IMG/VR virus record: IMGVR_UViG_3300020599_000004
Span: 63,831-127,830 of that record
DNA: 64,000 bases
Reading direction: 5' to 3' (one strand)
DNA from: a virus
Part shown: one piece after another, positions 18,756-27,459 of the stretch
How the letters are laid out: every line of letters begins with the position of its first letter
How positions within the stretch are numbered: the stretch's first letter is position 1
Program-made: the position numbers and the translations under genes
Notes under the pieces: model-generated
What the model saw: only the letters and a program-made list of their open reading frames with translations
Databases searched by the model: none
Told to the model about the DNA's origin: nothing

Positions 18756-20555
18756 ATGTCGATGCTTCTCTATCCGCAGTATTACAGACGCTTCGGGGTG
18801 TGGCAACCTGGCCACATCATGGCCCCGCGTCTGTTCCCACTGTCCATCATGCGGTTGCCGCGTGACAGCGTGCTGCACTATCAAGCCGAGTCGGAGGCCG
18901 AATACGGTCCTCCGTCCGACGATCTGCTCCTGCAAGGCGTGCCGCGACTGACCTTTGTAGGGCATGTGACCCAACTGACCAGTCTGCTGGGTAACCCACG
19001 TTCGGCCTACGTACCCCCAGGCCCGATGATCAATGAGTACCGTCGCCGGTACCGGAAACTGCGGCCGCTGAACAAGTTGGAGATCGCCGATCGGGAACCT
19101 CAGAACCTGATCGTGCAGAACTACGCGCTGCTGCCGCATCTGTACAAGTACATCCGCAGCTTCTTCACCCTGTACTACACCTGGTACAACCTCCAAGCGA
19201 CTATGGTGAGTGGGATCAACGACATGTTGGGGCAGTCCAACCGCCACAACTACATCCAGATCCAGCTGCCCAAGGTCATGCCTTCATTGCAACAGCTGCG
19301 TCTGGCCCAGGCGCGTCGTAGCAAAACTCAACTGGAACCGTTCAACAACTTCGCTGCGTTGAATATCCTGGACTTCTTCACCTGGTTGGGTAAAGACCGG
19401 GAACATTCGCTCCTGTCGAAACTGCCTCACGACAAGCTGGACCACGTGGACATCATCTTCCGTCACGTCGGTACTTGGTTCACTGTCAACCTGGGCAAGT
19501 TGGACTCGTGGCGCCGTGCAACGGAGAAAGCGTCCACTGAGGGCGTTTCGCTGGAGTCCATCGCCGCATCCGGTCAACTGGGTGTGTCCATGGAACAGAT
19601 GGCCGAACTGTCGGCCTTCCTGGAAGTCTCCATGGAAGATGTGCAGATTGATGCAGCGACATTCCAACTGCGCGTTCTGAAGATGCTGATGGCACTTTAC
19701 GAGGCCAGCACGTTGGCAGGTTCTGATCAACCGAACAAACAGGTTGTGCAAGAACCTGAAGCGGTGGCAACCGATCCGGCGGCAGTGGAAGAGAAAATCG
19801 AGATCGGCCACGACGAGACCAAGAAACAGCTCGATGAACTGCGTCAACCCATCTCCGACGAAGAGATGGAAGAACTCTCGGCGCTGGATAAAGAAACGGC
19901 AGCTGAACTCGATGCCGGTGAAGAGGACGATGGCACCGAGTACGATGAAGATGGTGTCATGATCATCAACGACACGGGCGCCAAACCGGCGATGCATCTG
20001 CCGCCCGCGGTTAGTGCACCCAAGCCGCAGGTCGTTAAAACTCTCTCCAGTGCCATCGAAGAGAAGGTCGAAGCCCTGGCGGATCAAGGACTGCTCTCGG
20101 CTGCCGAATACCGAGCTAAGCTGCGTGCCGCAGTGGCGTACAAGTCCCTGAAGGACCCCTATGGCACAGGCCAGACGGTTGAAGATGCGCTGAGAATCGA
20201 CCCCAAGTCCCTGGTGATCGATCAGAATGCCTCCTTTGTCGATATGCCGCAGGTGCTGGACAAGTCGATGCTCAAATCGACAGTCTCAGACATCGATCGT
20301 CAGTACGTCGAGAATGTCTTGCCGAAAGATATCCTCAACGCTGTGATGGCCGTACAAAATGCCGGCATCGCAGTGACGGACTACAATATCGAACGCGTGG
20401 TCGATGCAGTCAGTGACTTTGAGGTCCACTCGGTGCAACTGACGCCTGCGGTCGGTCGGCAGTCTACCATCCGCTTCCGTGTTCCGCGGGTGACGACCGA
20501 TGGCACCTACATGTCCAACGGTACACGCTACCGTCTAAAGAAACAGCGAAGTGAT
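18756..20555 (+). CDS. virion RNAP beta subunit, exon 1 (phiKZ gp178-like)
   Basis: 600 aa ending YMSNGTRYRLKKQRSD (compare RpoB FVINGTERVIVSQLHRSP); continues after intron 2. Confidence 0.9.
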
Positions 20556-21147
20556 TAAAGCCGATATCCTTGACGAATTAATGATATAATTACATTCGTC
20601 GATGGATATTGTAATGAGTAAGGTTAAGAGAGTAGTAGGCTGTAAAGGGTTCAGCAATGATGAATTCATCGCCATTGCTGAGAGTCGAAACACCTCTTGT
20701 CAGCAATTGCTAAAACAAACCCTGATGTAGCCGAACTGTTTTAACCTGACTCATCGTGCATGGTCACTGTGGCGTGGTAACACGCCACTAGCAAACCTAC
20801 CTAATTGCGGGAAAACGTCTATAATCTCCATGGCTACCACTTGACGGTCGAAAGGCACGTCAACACCCATCCCAGTAATGGAAGCGATGGGCACGGTAAA
20901 AACGTCCTGGAGAGACACAACCGGCGCAGCGAAGCCCCTAAATCCTACATGGACATGGGGTGTGCTCAGAGGCCATCGAACGCTACGGTACCTCAAAAAA
21001 AAGGTGCTTAATGACACCTGTATAAAGCCAGGTGGTCACCTAGGTGATTAAAGCCAGTAGAGTAGGAGGCTGTTACAGCTCCGAAACGGTAGGCACCCCA
21101 CCCAGCTCAGGCTGGAGGGTGAAGATATGGTCCATCTAAGGGGGATG
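20556..21147 (+). mobile_element. group I intron 2 (about 592 nt)
   Basis: P AAUUGCGGGAAA (about 20802), R GCUCAGAGGCCA (20964) and S AAGAUAUGGUCC, with a co-varied P7 (GGCCA/UGGUC). P1 is exon AGUGAU / GUCACU (20763-68) and P3 is CCUACC/GGUAGG. The 3' splice site is most likely GAUG|CUU (alternative 21144/21145, same frame). Confidence 0.92.
20614..20744 (+). pseudogene. remnant of an intron-encoded ORF (probable homing endonuclease) in the P1 loop
   Basis: MSKVKRVVGCKGFSNDEFIAIAESR..., followed by an out-of-frame protein-like tail KHLLSAIAKTNPDVAELF* (20688-20744). AT-richer than the flanking exons. Confidence 0.5.
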
Positions 21148-22593
21148 CTTCCCCTACGTAAGGTCTCCCCGACCCGTGTGGCACTGTCGTCGTATTACGC
21201 CAAGATTTTCGTGGATAAGTCCGACCGTGCCACTTTTAACTACGACAAGTACGTCTCCGACCAGATCGTAGCCAAGGGTCTGAACCAGGCTGACAGCACC
21301 ATTACCGATATCCGCATCTCCAACGTGGCGGATAACACGGTTAAAGTGCCGCGGATCTATGCGGTGCTGGCTGCGCGGGTGGCTTCATTCAAGGCAGGTG
21401 GAGCAGAGTACTTCTTCGATTACCGCAATCGCTTCGAGAAGACCTTCACGCCAGAAGAACAGGCACTGGAACGCGATGGTGCTGTGCTGGTCGGTCGGAT
21501 TGGTCGTAATCCGATCATCGTGGACACGAACGATGTGTTCTACGAGGCCAGTGGAGGGGAACTGCGGGTAATGGGACGGGCAGAAGACCTCTTTGCTTTG
21601 ACGGCTGAGAAAGTACCAGCCCCCATGGCAGAGTTGAAGATCTTCAGCAAGGTCATTCCGCTGGGTGTCGTGTTGTCGTACATGCTCGGCTTTAATAACT
21701 TGGTCAATCTGCTGGGTGTTCGTCCCCGTCGTGTGCCTAACGGCCAGCGCATGAACCTCATGCCAGACGAATACGCGATTCGTTTCCTCGATGAATCGCT
21801 GATCTTCCCGAAAGATGATGTCAAGTCGGCCTTGATCCTGTCTGGTTTCAACCTGTACCACGCTACCATTCGTAACTACAGCGTTTACAGCTTCGATAAG
21901 AAGGACATCTACCTCAACCTGCTGGAAAACTACGGTATCGGCATCCGTTATCTGCGGGAAATCGATCTGATGACGGCGATGTTCATCGACCCGATCACCA
22001 AAGAGATTCTCCAGTGGATGAAGGAGCCCACGGAACTGGCCGCTCTGCTGATCCGTGCTGCGGAGATGCTGGTAACGCTGTACGTACCGGATCGAGTGGA
22101 AACCGCACCGGGCATCGTGGAAGGGATGGAGCGTGAACGGGGTTACGAGCGCTTTGCTGGGGCGGTGTATTCCGAACTGGTGCGTTCGATCAGGACCTAT
22201 AACGCCCGTACAGCCACCTCGTCTGCATCGATCAGCATGAACCCGCACGATGTTTGGACGACCATCGTGCAAGACCCGGCCTCTGAGCCCATCAACGAAG
22301 CCAACCCGATCCACAACCTGAAGGAAAAGGAGGTCATTACCTTCGGTGGGCGCGGTGGCCGTTCTCGCCGTTCCATGGTGGCAGATTCTCGACTGTATAA
22401 GAAGACCGATGAGGGCTTCATCAGCGAGGCAACTGTGGATTCCGGGGACGTAGCCATCATTACCTACGTGCCGCCCAACGCCAACTTCACAACGGTGCGT
22501 GGTACGGTGCGGATGTTGAACGAAATGACGGACGGTCCTTCCAGTCGTCTGTCCACCGCGGCATTGCTGGCACCGGCAGCTGACCGCGATGAT
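21148..22593 (+). CDS. virion RNAP beta subunit, exon 2
   Basis: LPLRKVSPTRVALSSYY...GRGGRSRRSM...GFISEATVDSGDVA...LAPAADRDD; 482 codons. Confidence 0.92.
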
Positions 22594-23072
22594 CAATTCT
22601 GAATATACGTGAAGTAAACACTCCGACTCGGTATTCTCGCGACTACACTGAATCTCCGACTCAAGACCGAAGGGAAGAAGGTCTTCTCGGATAACAAAAC
22701 CTACACGTATATTTAAAACGGTCCGGGTAACCTGAGAGGGTTACTTGAATCTCCTCTAATTGCTGGAACCCGCTTAGAGCTGTCTCACCACAACGTGGTC
22801 CGAAAGGACGAGCGTGACGGTCTGAAAACGAGACGGATTGGGGAACCGTGGGTCCTAAGGACCCCTGTAGCAGCCAAGACCCTACCGGTGCTCTGCACCC
22901 ATGGGTAAGGTTCAACGACTAAGGCCTTATCAGCCTGTACCCAGTAGCACTGGGGAAATGGGGAGCACCCTACTCACGGAGAGGGTGAAGATATAGTCTC
23001 GACATCCAGGGAAAGCCTGGAGCAGTGCTTAAGTGCACGGGTTCAATCTAGCGAGTTGGACTGAAGACTTCG
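22594..23072 (+). mobile_element. group I intron 3 (IA2-like, 479 nt)
   Basis: P AAUUGCUGGAAC, R GUUCAACGACUAA, S AAGAUAUAGUCU, with P7.1/P7.2/P8 hairpins and a terminal G. Splicing restores DRDD|PKRVNFINIQ (compare RpoB HDDANRALMGANMQ). Confidence 0.93.
22618..22716 (+). pseudogene. C-terminal HTH remnant of a homing endonuclease inside intron 3
   Basis: TLRLGILATTLNLRLKTEGKKVFSDNKTYTYI*, with no start codon. It resembles the NUMOD1/IENR1-type HTH tail of GIY-YIG enzymes. Confidence 0.5.
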
Positions 23073-24194
23073 CCAAAGCGAGTCAACTTCATTAACATCC
23101 AGCAGACTCACGGCATCAGTGCAGTGGGTTACCGTGCCACCCCGTTGCGTACGGGCTACGAACAGGTGTTGGCTCAACGTACCGATGACCTGTTCGCTAC
23201 CGCAGCTAAGCAAGACGGCAAAGTGGTAGAGGTGACGGACTCGTCCATTAAGGTCGAGTACGCCGATGGGCAAATGGTGGCCATCGAGCTGGGTCGTAGG
23301 TTCGGATCCAGCATGGGCATGACCTTGCCACATGAGGTGGTCACTTCATTCAAGGTCGGTGATCCGGTAAAACGCGGCGACATCATCGCGTACAACAGTG
23401 GCTTCTTCGAACCGCTGTATGGCAATGAGAAACAAGTTGCCTGGAAAGCCGGTGTTATTGCTCGCACAGCGTTGATGGAAGCAAGCTATACCCTGGAAGA
23501 CTCCTCGGCTATCAGCGAACGGATGTCGCGGTTGCTGGGCACACAAGTGACCAAAGTTAAGACGGTGCTGGTGAAATTTAACCAGTCCGTCCACAACCTG
23601 GTAAAGGTGGGAGATAGCGTCGATCTCGACACAATCCTATGCACCATAGAGGACTCTGTCACCGCGAACGCTAACCTGTTCGACGAGAAATCGTTGGCCA
23701 CGTTACGTCTGCTCTCTGCCATGACACCCAGGGCGAAAACCGTGGGTAAAGTGGATAAGGTGGAAGTCTTCTATCACGGCGATTTGGAAGACATGTCCGA
23801 GTCGCTCCAGGAACTGGCCACTACGGCTGACCGTGACCGCAAGCGTCAAGCCCGGCGACTGGGTAAGCCGCCGGTAACTGGCATGGTCGATCAGTCCCTG
23901 CGGATCGATGGGAATGGCCTGGATCTCGACACGGTTGCGATCAAGGTCTACATCACCAGCACCGTAGGTACTGGCGTCGGTGATAAGGCAGTTTTTGCCA
24001 ACCAGATGAAGACGGTATTTGGTCGTGTTTTGACCGGTATCCATGAAACCGAATCTGGTGAGGAACTCGACGCGATCTTCGGCTTTAAGTCGATCCAAGA
24101 TCGTATCGTCCTGTCTCCTATGATCATCGGTACGACCAACACCCTGCTGCGCGTTATCGGTGAGAATGCCGCCGAGCTCTACTTCCAGGGTTAA
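23073..24194 (+). CDS. virion RNAP beta subunit, exon 3
   Basis: PKRVNFINIQ...YTLEDSSAIS...VGDKAVFANQMKTVFG...LDAIFG. The spliced total is 600+482+373=1455 aa, similar to the phiKZ gp178 size I recall (about 1450 aa). Confidence 0.92.
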   Translation, partial: PKRVNFINIQQTHGISAVGYRATPLRTGYEQVLAQRTDDLFATAAKQDGKVVEVTDSSIKVEYADGQMVAIELGRRFGSSMGMTLPHEVVTSFKVGDPVKRGDIIAYNSGFFEPLYGNEKQVAWKAGVIARTALMEASYTLEDSSAISERMSRLLGTQVTKVKTVLVKFNQSVHNLVKVGDSVDLDTILCTIEDSVTANANLFDEKSLATLRLLSAMTPRAKTVGKVDKVEVFYHGDLEDMSESLQELATTADRDRKRQARRLGKPPVTGMVDQSLRIDGNGLDLDTVAIKVYITSTVGTGVGDKAVFANQMKTVFGRVLTGIHETESGEELDAIFGFKSIQDRIVLSPMIIGTTNTLLRVIGENAAELYFQG

Positions 24195-24258
24195 GACCAC
24201 ATGTCACGGTGGGGTAACACCTGCCGTGACTTCCTTTGTAATTCGGAGTTAACTCCCC

Positions 24259-24453
24259 ATGACCACGCAAGCAGAAATCGACAACACGGCGGTGCTGGGC
24301 AACGCCGGGAATCTCGTCGCCGAGATCGTCCTGGCTGTGGCCGGCAACGACATCTCCAACCACCTGGAAGGCGAACAGATCAAGGGCGACGCCCTGGGCG
24401 GTATCGCTCAAGCCATCTTCAACAAGGAACACGGGGGCATCGACAATGCTTAA
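24259..24453 (+). CDS. small hypothetical protein
   Basis: 64 aa, GGAG RBS, stop overlaps the next start, highly biased codons. Confidence 0.7.
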   Translation: MTTQAEIDNTAVLGNAGNLVAEIVLAVAGNDISNHLEGEQIKGDALGGIAQAIFNKEHGGIDNA

Positions 24454-25834
24454 CCGCATCTTCCTGGAGCAGTCCCTGCCCCTGGCCTCTAAGTTGGCCG
24501 CGGCGGGCAAGCGCATCATCCCGATCCAAGGCACGCCCCTGGATGACATCATGCGAGCGTGCTCCACTTTCAGCCTGTACAACACCGCCCAGGACCTGGA
24601 TGCCCTGACCAGCAACGAGTTCGTTGGCCAACTGGTCGACATCGCCGGTGCCAAGGACGACAACGGGGAGAACCTGCACAACGGTGTCGTATCTCAGTTC
24701 GTTGAACTGGCCAAGTCTGCGGTGCAGCAAGGTCTGAACAACGCCCGTAACGTCGTCATGCCCGATGTGAAGAACATCCTGCAAACCGTCCAAGAGGTGC
24801 AGGCTGGTCGTCGCAACACCTCGGCCAACCCTTATGTCGTGGTACCGAGCGTCATGCCGGCGGTGTTCAGCAACCCTGTGCTGCTGGAACTGGTCGAACG
24901 GTACAACATGACCCCGGCTCGGGAAGTACCGCGCCGTGAACTGCCAGGCCTGACCAACGATGAGATCAAGGCTGCCATCACCACAGGTGCTGCCGAGTTC
25001 GATGCTCAAGTCGCTGAACTGCTCGGTGAAGAAGGCCTCACCCAAATCGGCAACGTCTGGTCCGGTGGTATCGAACTGGGCTTCCTGGCACCGGAGTACG
25101 CGGTCGGTCTGCACCTGCTGACCAAGGCGCTGTACAACAACCCGCCGGCAGGCACCAATTACCAGCTGTCCGACTACAACAACCTGGTCAGCCTCATGAC
25201 CGAGCAGACCGGTCGCATCACCTACCAGGTGATCGAGACCCAGGCACGTCGTAAGAAGCTGGGCATGCTGTACAACAGCGGCGCCGCAGTGGCAGGTGCG
25301 AATGGTCAGCGCATCATCGAGGTCAACAACGACGTCTACCTGCCCCTGCTCGACAAGGGCTTGACGCCGGAGATGCTGATCGGCAACGAGTTCCTCGGTC
25401 GTCCCTACTCCGATGGTCAACTGCTGGAGAACAAAGAAAACCTCGAAGCAGCGTACAATCGCGAAAAGCGTCTGTACGACACCCGCGCTGAGCTGGAAGA
25501 CCGCAACGCCCTGCGCAGCACCCTCTCGTTGGTCTTTTCCCGCGAGATCGCCAATCGTGAAGAAGCGGATCTGCCGGTGGATCGTTCCATCCTGCAAAGC
25601 CGTCTGAACGAGGCAATGAAGCGCATCCAGGATAAGGACCTGAACTGCCTGGAGTCGCTGGTGCGCGACCTGACCTGCTACATCTTCTACGCACACACTG
25701 ACGCCGACATGATCCTCTGTGTCATGGACGACCTTGGGTGCAAGTACCCCGAACTCGACCCGCGCGAGATCGCCCTGCTGGCCACCACTCAGTACGTTTC
25801 TTACTGGGTGGCCAAGCAGATGCAAGTGGTCTGA
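24446..25834 (+). CDS. virion head protein (phiKZ gp177-like by synteny)
   Basis: 462 aa with highly biased codons, lying between vRNAP beta and the beta' C-terminal fragment. Confidence 0.7.
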   Translation: MLNRIFLEQSLPLASKLAAAGKRIIPIQGTPLDDIMRACSTFSLYNTAQDLDALTSNEFVGQLVDIAGAKDDNGENLHNGVVSQFVELAKSAVQQGLNNARNVVMPDVKNILQTVQEVQAGRRNTSANPYVVVPSVMPAVFSNPVLLELVERYNMTPAREVPRRELPGLTNDEIKAAITTGAAEFDAQVAELLGEEGLTQIGNVWSGGIELGFLAPEYAVGLHLLTKALYNNPPAGTNYQLSDYNNLVSLMTEQTGRITYQVIETQARRKKLGMLYNSGAAVAGANGQRIIEVNNDVYLPLLDKGLTPEMLIGNEFLGRPYSDGQLLENKENLEAAYNREKRLYDTRAELEDRNALRSTLSLVFSREIANREEADLPVDRSILQSRLNEAMKRIQDKDLNCLESLVRDLTCYIFYAHTDADMILCVMDDLGCKYPELDPREIALLATTQYVSYWVAKQMQVV

Positions 25835-25840
25835 CCCGTC

Positions 25841-25875
25841 TAGGAGGTGGGAGGGTAACCCTCCCACCTCCTATG
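25841..25875. terminator. hairpin with TATG tail
   Basis: TAGGAGGTGGGAGGG-taa-CCCTCCCACCTCCTA then TG. Confidence 0.7.
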
Positions 25876-25897
25876 ATGCTTCCGAAGGACTGCTCCT

Positions 25898-26632
25898 ATG
25901 AAATCCATTGAATTTACCCGGGACGCTGATCGGGTGTACAAGGCGTTCACTGCAACTGACAACAATGAACTGGTGGCCTTGAGGGAAATGAAGGTCATGA
26001 TCCCGGCTCGATTCCCCCAACGGGACCTGGCCAACTTCGAAGAGGAGACCAGTTTCGTGGGGATTGCTGCCTTTATCGTCGAAGAGGGTGGCAAGAAATA
26101 CTACGGTCTGTCCTGTGTCCCCGCCTACATGCGCAGTGAGCCATCCTTGGTCAATACTGTGAACGTCGATGACGTGGACTACATCGAGATGACCTACGAG
26201 CCAGGCGCCCTGATCGTGGCTAACCTGAACCTCGTAAAAATCGACAACTTGATGTACCGCATCTACGACGAACTCATTGCCAAAGGCCGCGTGCCCTGGT
26301 ACATGAGCTACGCCGACCTGGGCCAGCTGTTTGCCAACGCACCTTACCATGCAGGGGTCAAGGTGGGTGCGAACCCTGCGATCATGGAAATGATCGTGGC
26401 GGCAATCTGCCGGAATCCAGACGACGTAAAACAGTATTACCGTCAATCGATGACCAACCTTAACGACATCGAGAGCCGTCCCCCGACGGTTATCCCGCTG
26501 CGTGAGGTCAGCTACGGTGCGACCAACGCCATCGCCAAGCTGATGGGTCCGTATTTCGACGACAACGTCACCAGCACCCTCGTCTCGCCCGGCGAACGGG
26601 TGGAGCGAGTGGAGCGCCTGCTCAGGATGTAA
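25898..26632 (+). CDS. virion RNAP beta' C-terminal fragment (phiKZ gp176-like)
   Basis: LREVSYGATNAIAKLMGPYFDDNVTSTL resembles RpoC region H ([24 protein letters not shown]). It sits directly upstream of the protease gene. Confidence 0.75.
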   Translation: MKSIEFTRDADRVYKAFTATDNNELVALREMKVMIPARFPQRDLANFEEETSFVGIAAFIVEEGGKKYYGLSCVPAYMRSEPSLVNTVNVDDVDYIEMTYEPGALIVANLNLVKIDNLMYRIYDELIAKGRVPWYMSYADLGQLFANAPYHAGVKVGANPAIMEMIVAAICRNPDDVKQYYRQSMTNLNDIESRPPTVIPLREVSYGATNAIAKLMGPYFDDNVTSTLVSPGERVERVERLLRM

Positions 26633-26641
26633 GGAGACCCC

Positions 26642-27430
26642 ATGCAACAAGCTATCACTTACGGCTGCACTGCACTCGTAGGGACCAACAAAGTGGGCCT
26701 GCTGTCCAAAGACGCGGACGGCTATTATGACATGGTGCTCGGCGCCCTGCAAGCCTACAATAGCGCCGGTGCGTTCTACGAACTCAACCAGGCCAAACAA
26801 CTGTTCGAGAGTTCCGGTGAGCTGATGCGTCGCATCGCTAATGGCGCCGTGCGTTCCGAGGTGGGCCACCCCCGCTACCAGGAAGGCATGTCGGAACGGG
26901 CCTGGTTCTCCAGGGTCAATGACATCTACGAACCCAACTGCTGCGCCCACATCGCCCAGGTACAACTGTCTTACGACACCATGCGTGATGACAAAGGCCG
27001 TCCGGTGGTAGCCATCATGGGCAAGGTGCGACCCTCAGGTGCCAACGAACGCTTCCTCGAGCGCCAGCTGGAGAACCCGAAGGAAAACGTCTGCTTCTCC
27101 ATCCGCTCGTTCACCAACGACCGCGTGGAAGGGGGTCGGATCGTCAAGTACCTGAAGAAGATCGTCACCTGGGATACGGTTAACGAACCTGGGATTTCGA
27201 TCGCCAACAAGTACTCGGTTCCCTCGCTCGAATCGATCGGTTCGGACTGCATTGCTGATCTTGACAGCTACGAGTTCGACCTCGTGAACATTGCCCAGTT
27301 CGCAAAAGAAGAACAGGCAAATGGTGTGAGCATGGAATCCGGCAATGCCCCAGCTTCGCAGATGTTGCAGCTGGTCGGCTATGTCGAGAAACCGATCAAG
27401 GTCTATGTACCCGCCAGTTACCGCTGGTGA
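26642..27430 (+). CDS. prohead protease (phiKZ gp175-like)
   Basis: SEVGHP (His), FSIRSF (Ser), TWDTVNEPGI (Asp); C-terminal SLE/SME autocleavage-type sites. Confidence 0.9.
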   Translation: MQQAITYGCTALVGTNKVGLLSKDADGYYDMVLGALQAYNSAGAFYELNQAKQLFESSGELMRRIANGAVRSEVGHPRYQEGMSERAWFSRVNDIYEPNCCAHIAQVQLSYDTMRDDKGRPVVAIMGKVRPSGANERFLERQLENPKENVCFSIRSFTNDRVEGGRIVKYLKKIVTWDTVNEPGISIANKYSVPSLESIGSDCIADLDSYEFDLVNIAQFAKEEQANGVSMESGNAPASQMLQLVGYVEKPIKVYVPASYRW

Positions 27431-27459
27431 TCTTTGTCAACCATCAGGAATTTACTCAC

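Noticed and set aside
20570-20590. sigma70-like TTGACG...TATAAT
   Set aside because: The spacer is only 9 nt, and both hexamers are part of an RNA hairpin.
20805-21011. 68-aa ORF inside intron 2
   Set aside because: It coincides with the P4-P7 catalytic core, has no RBS, and shows no protein-like features.
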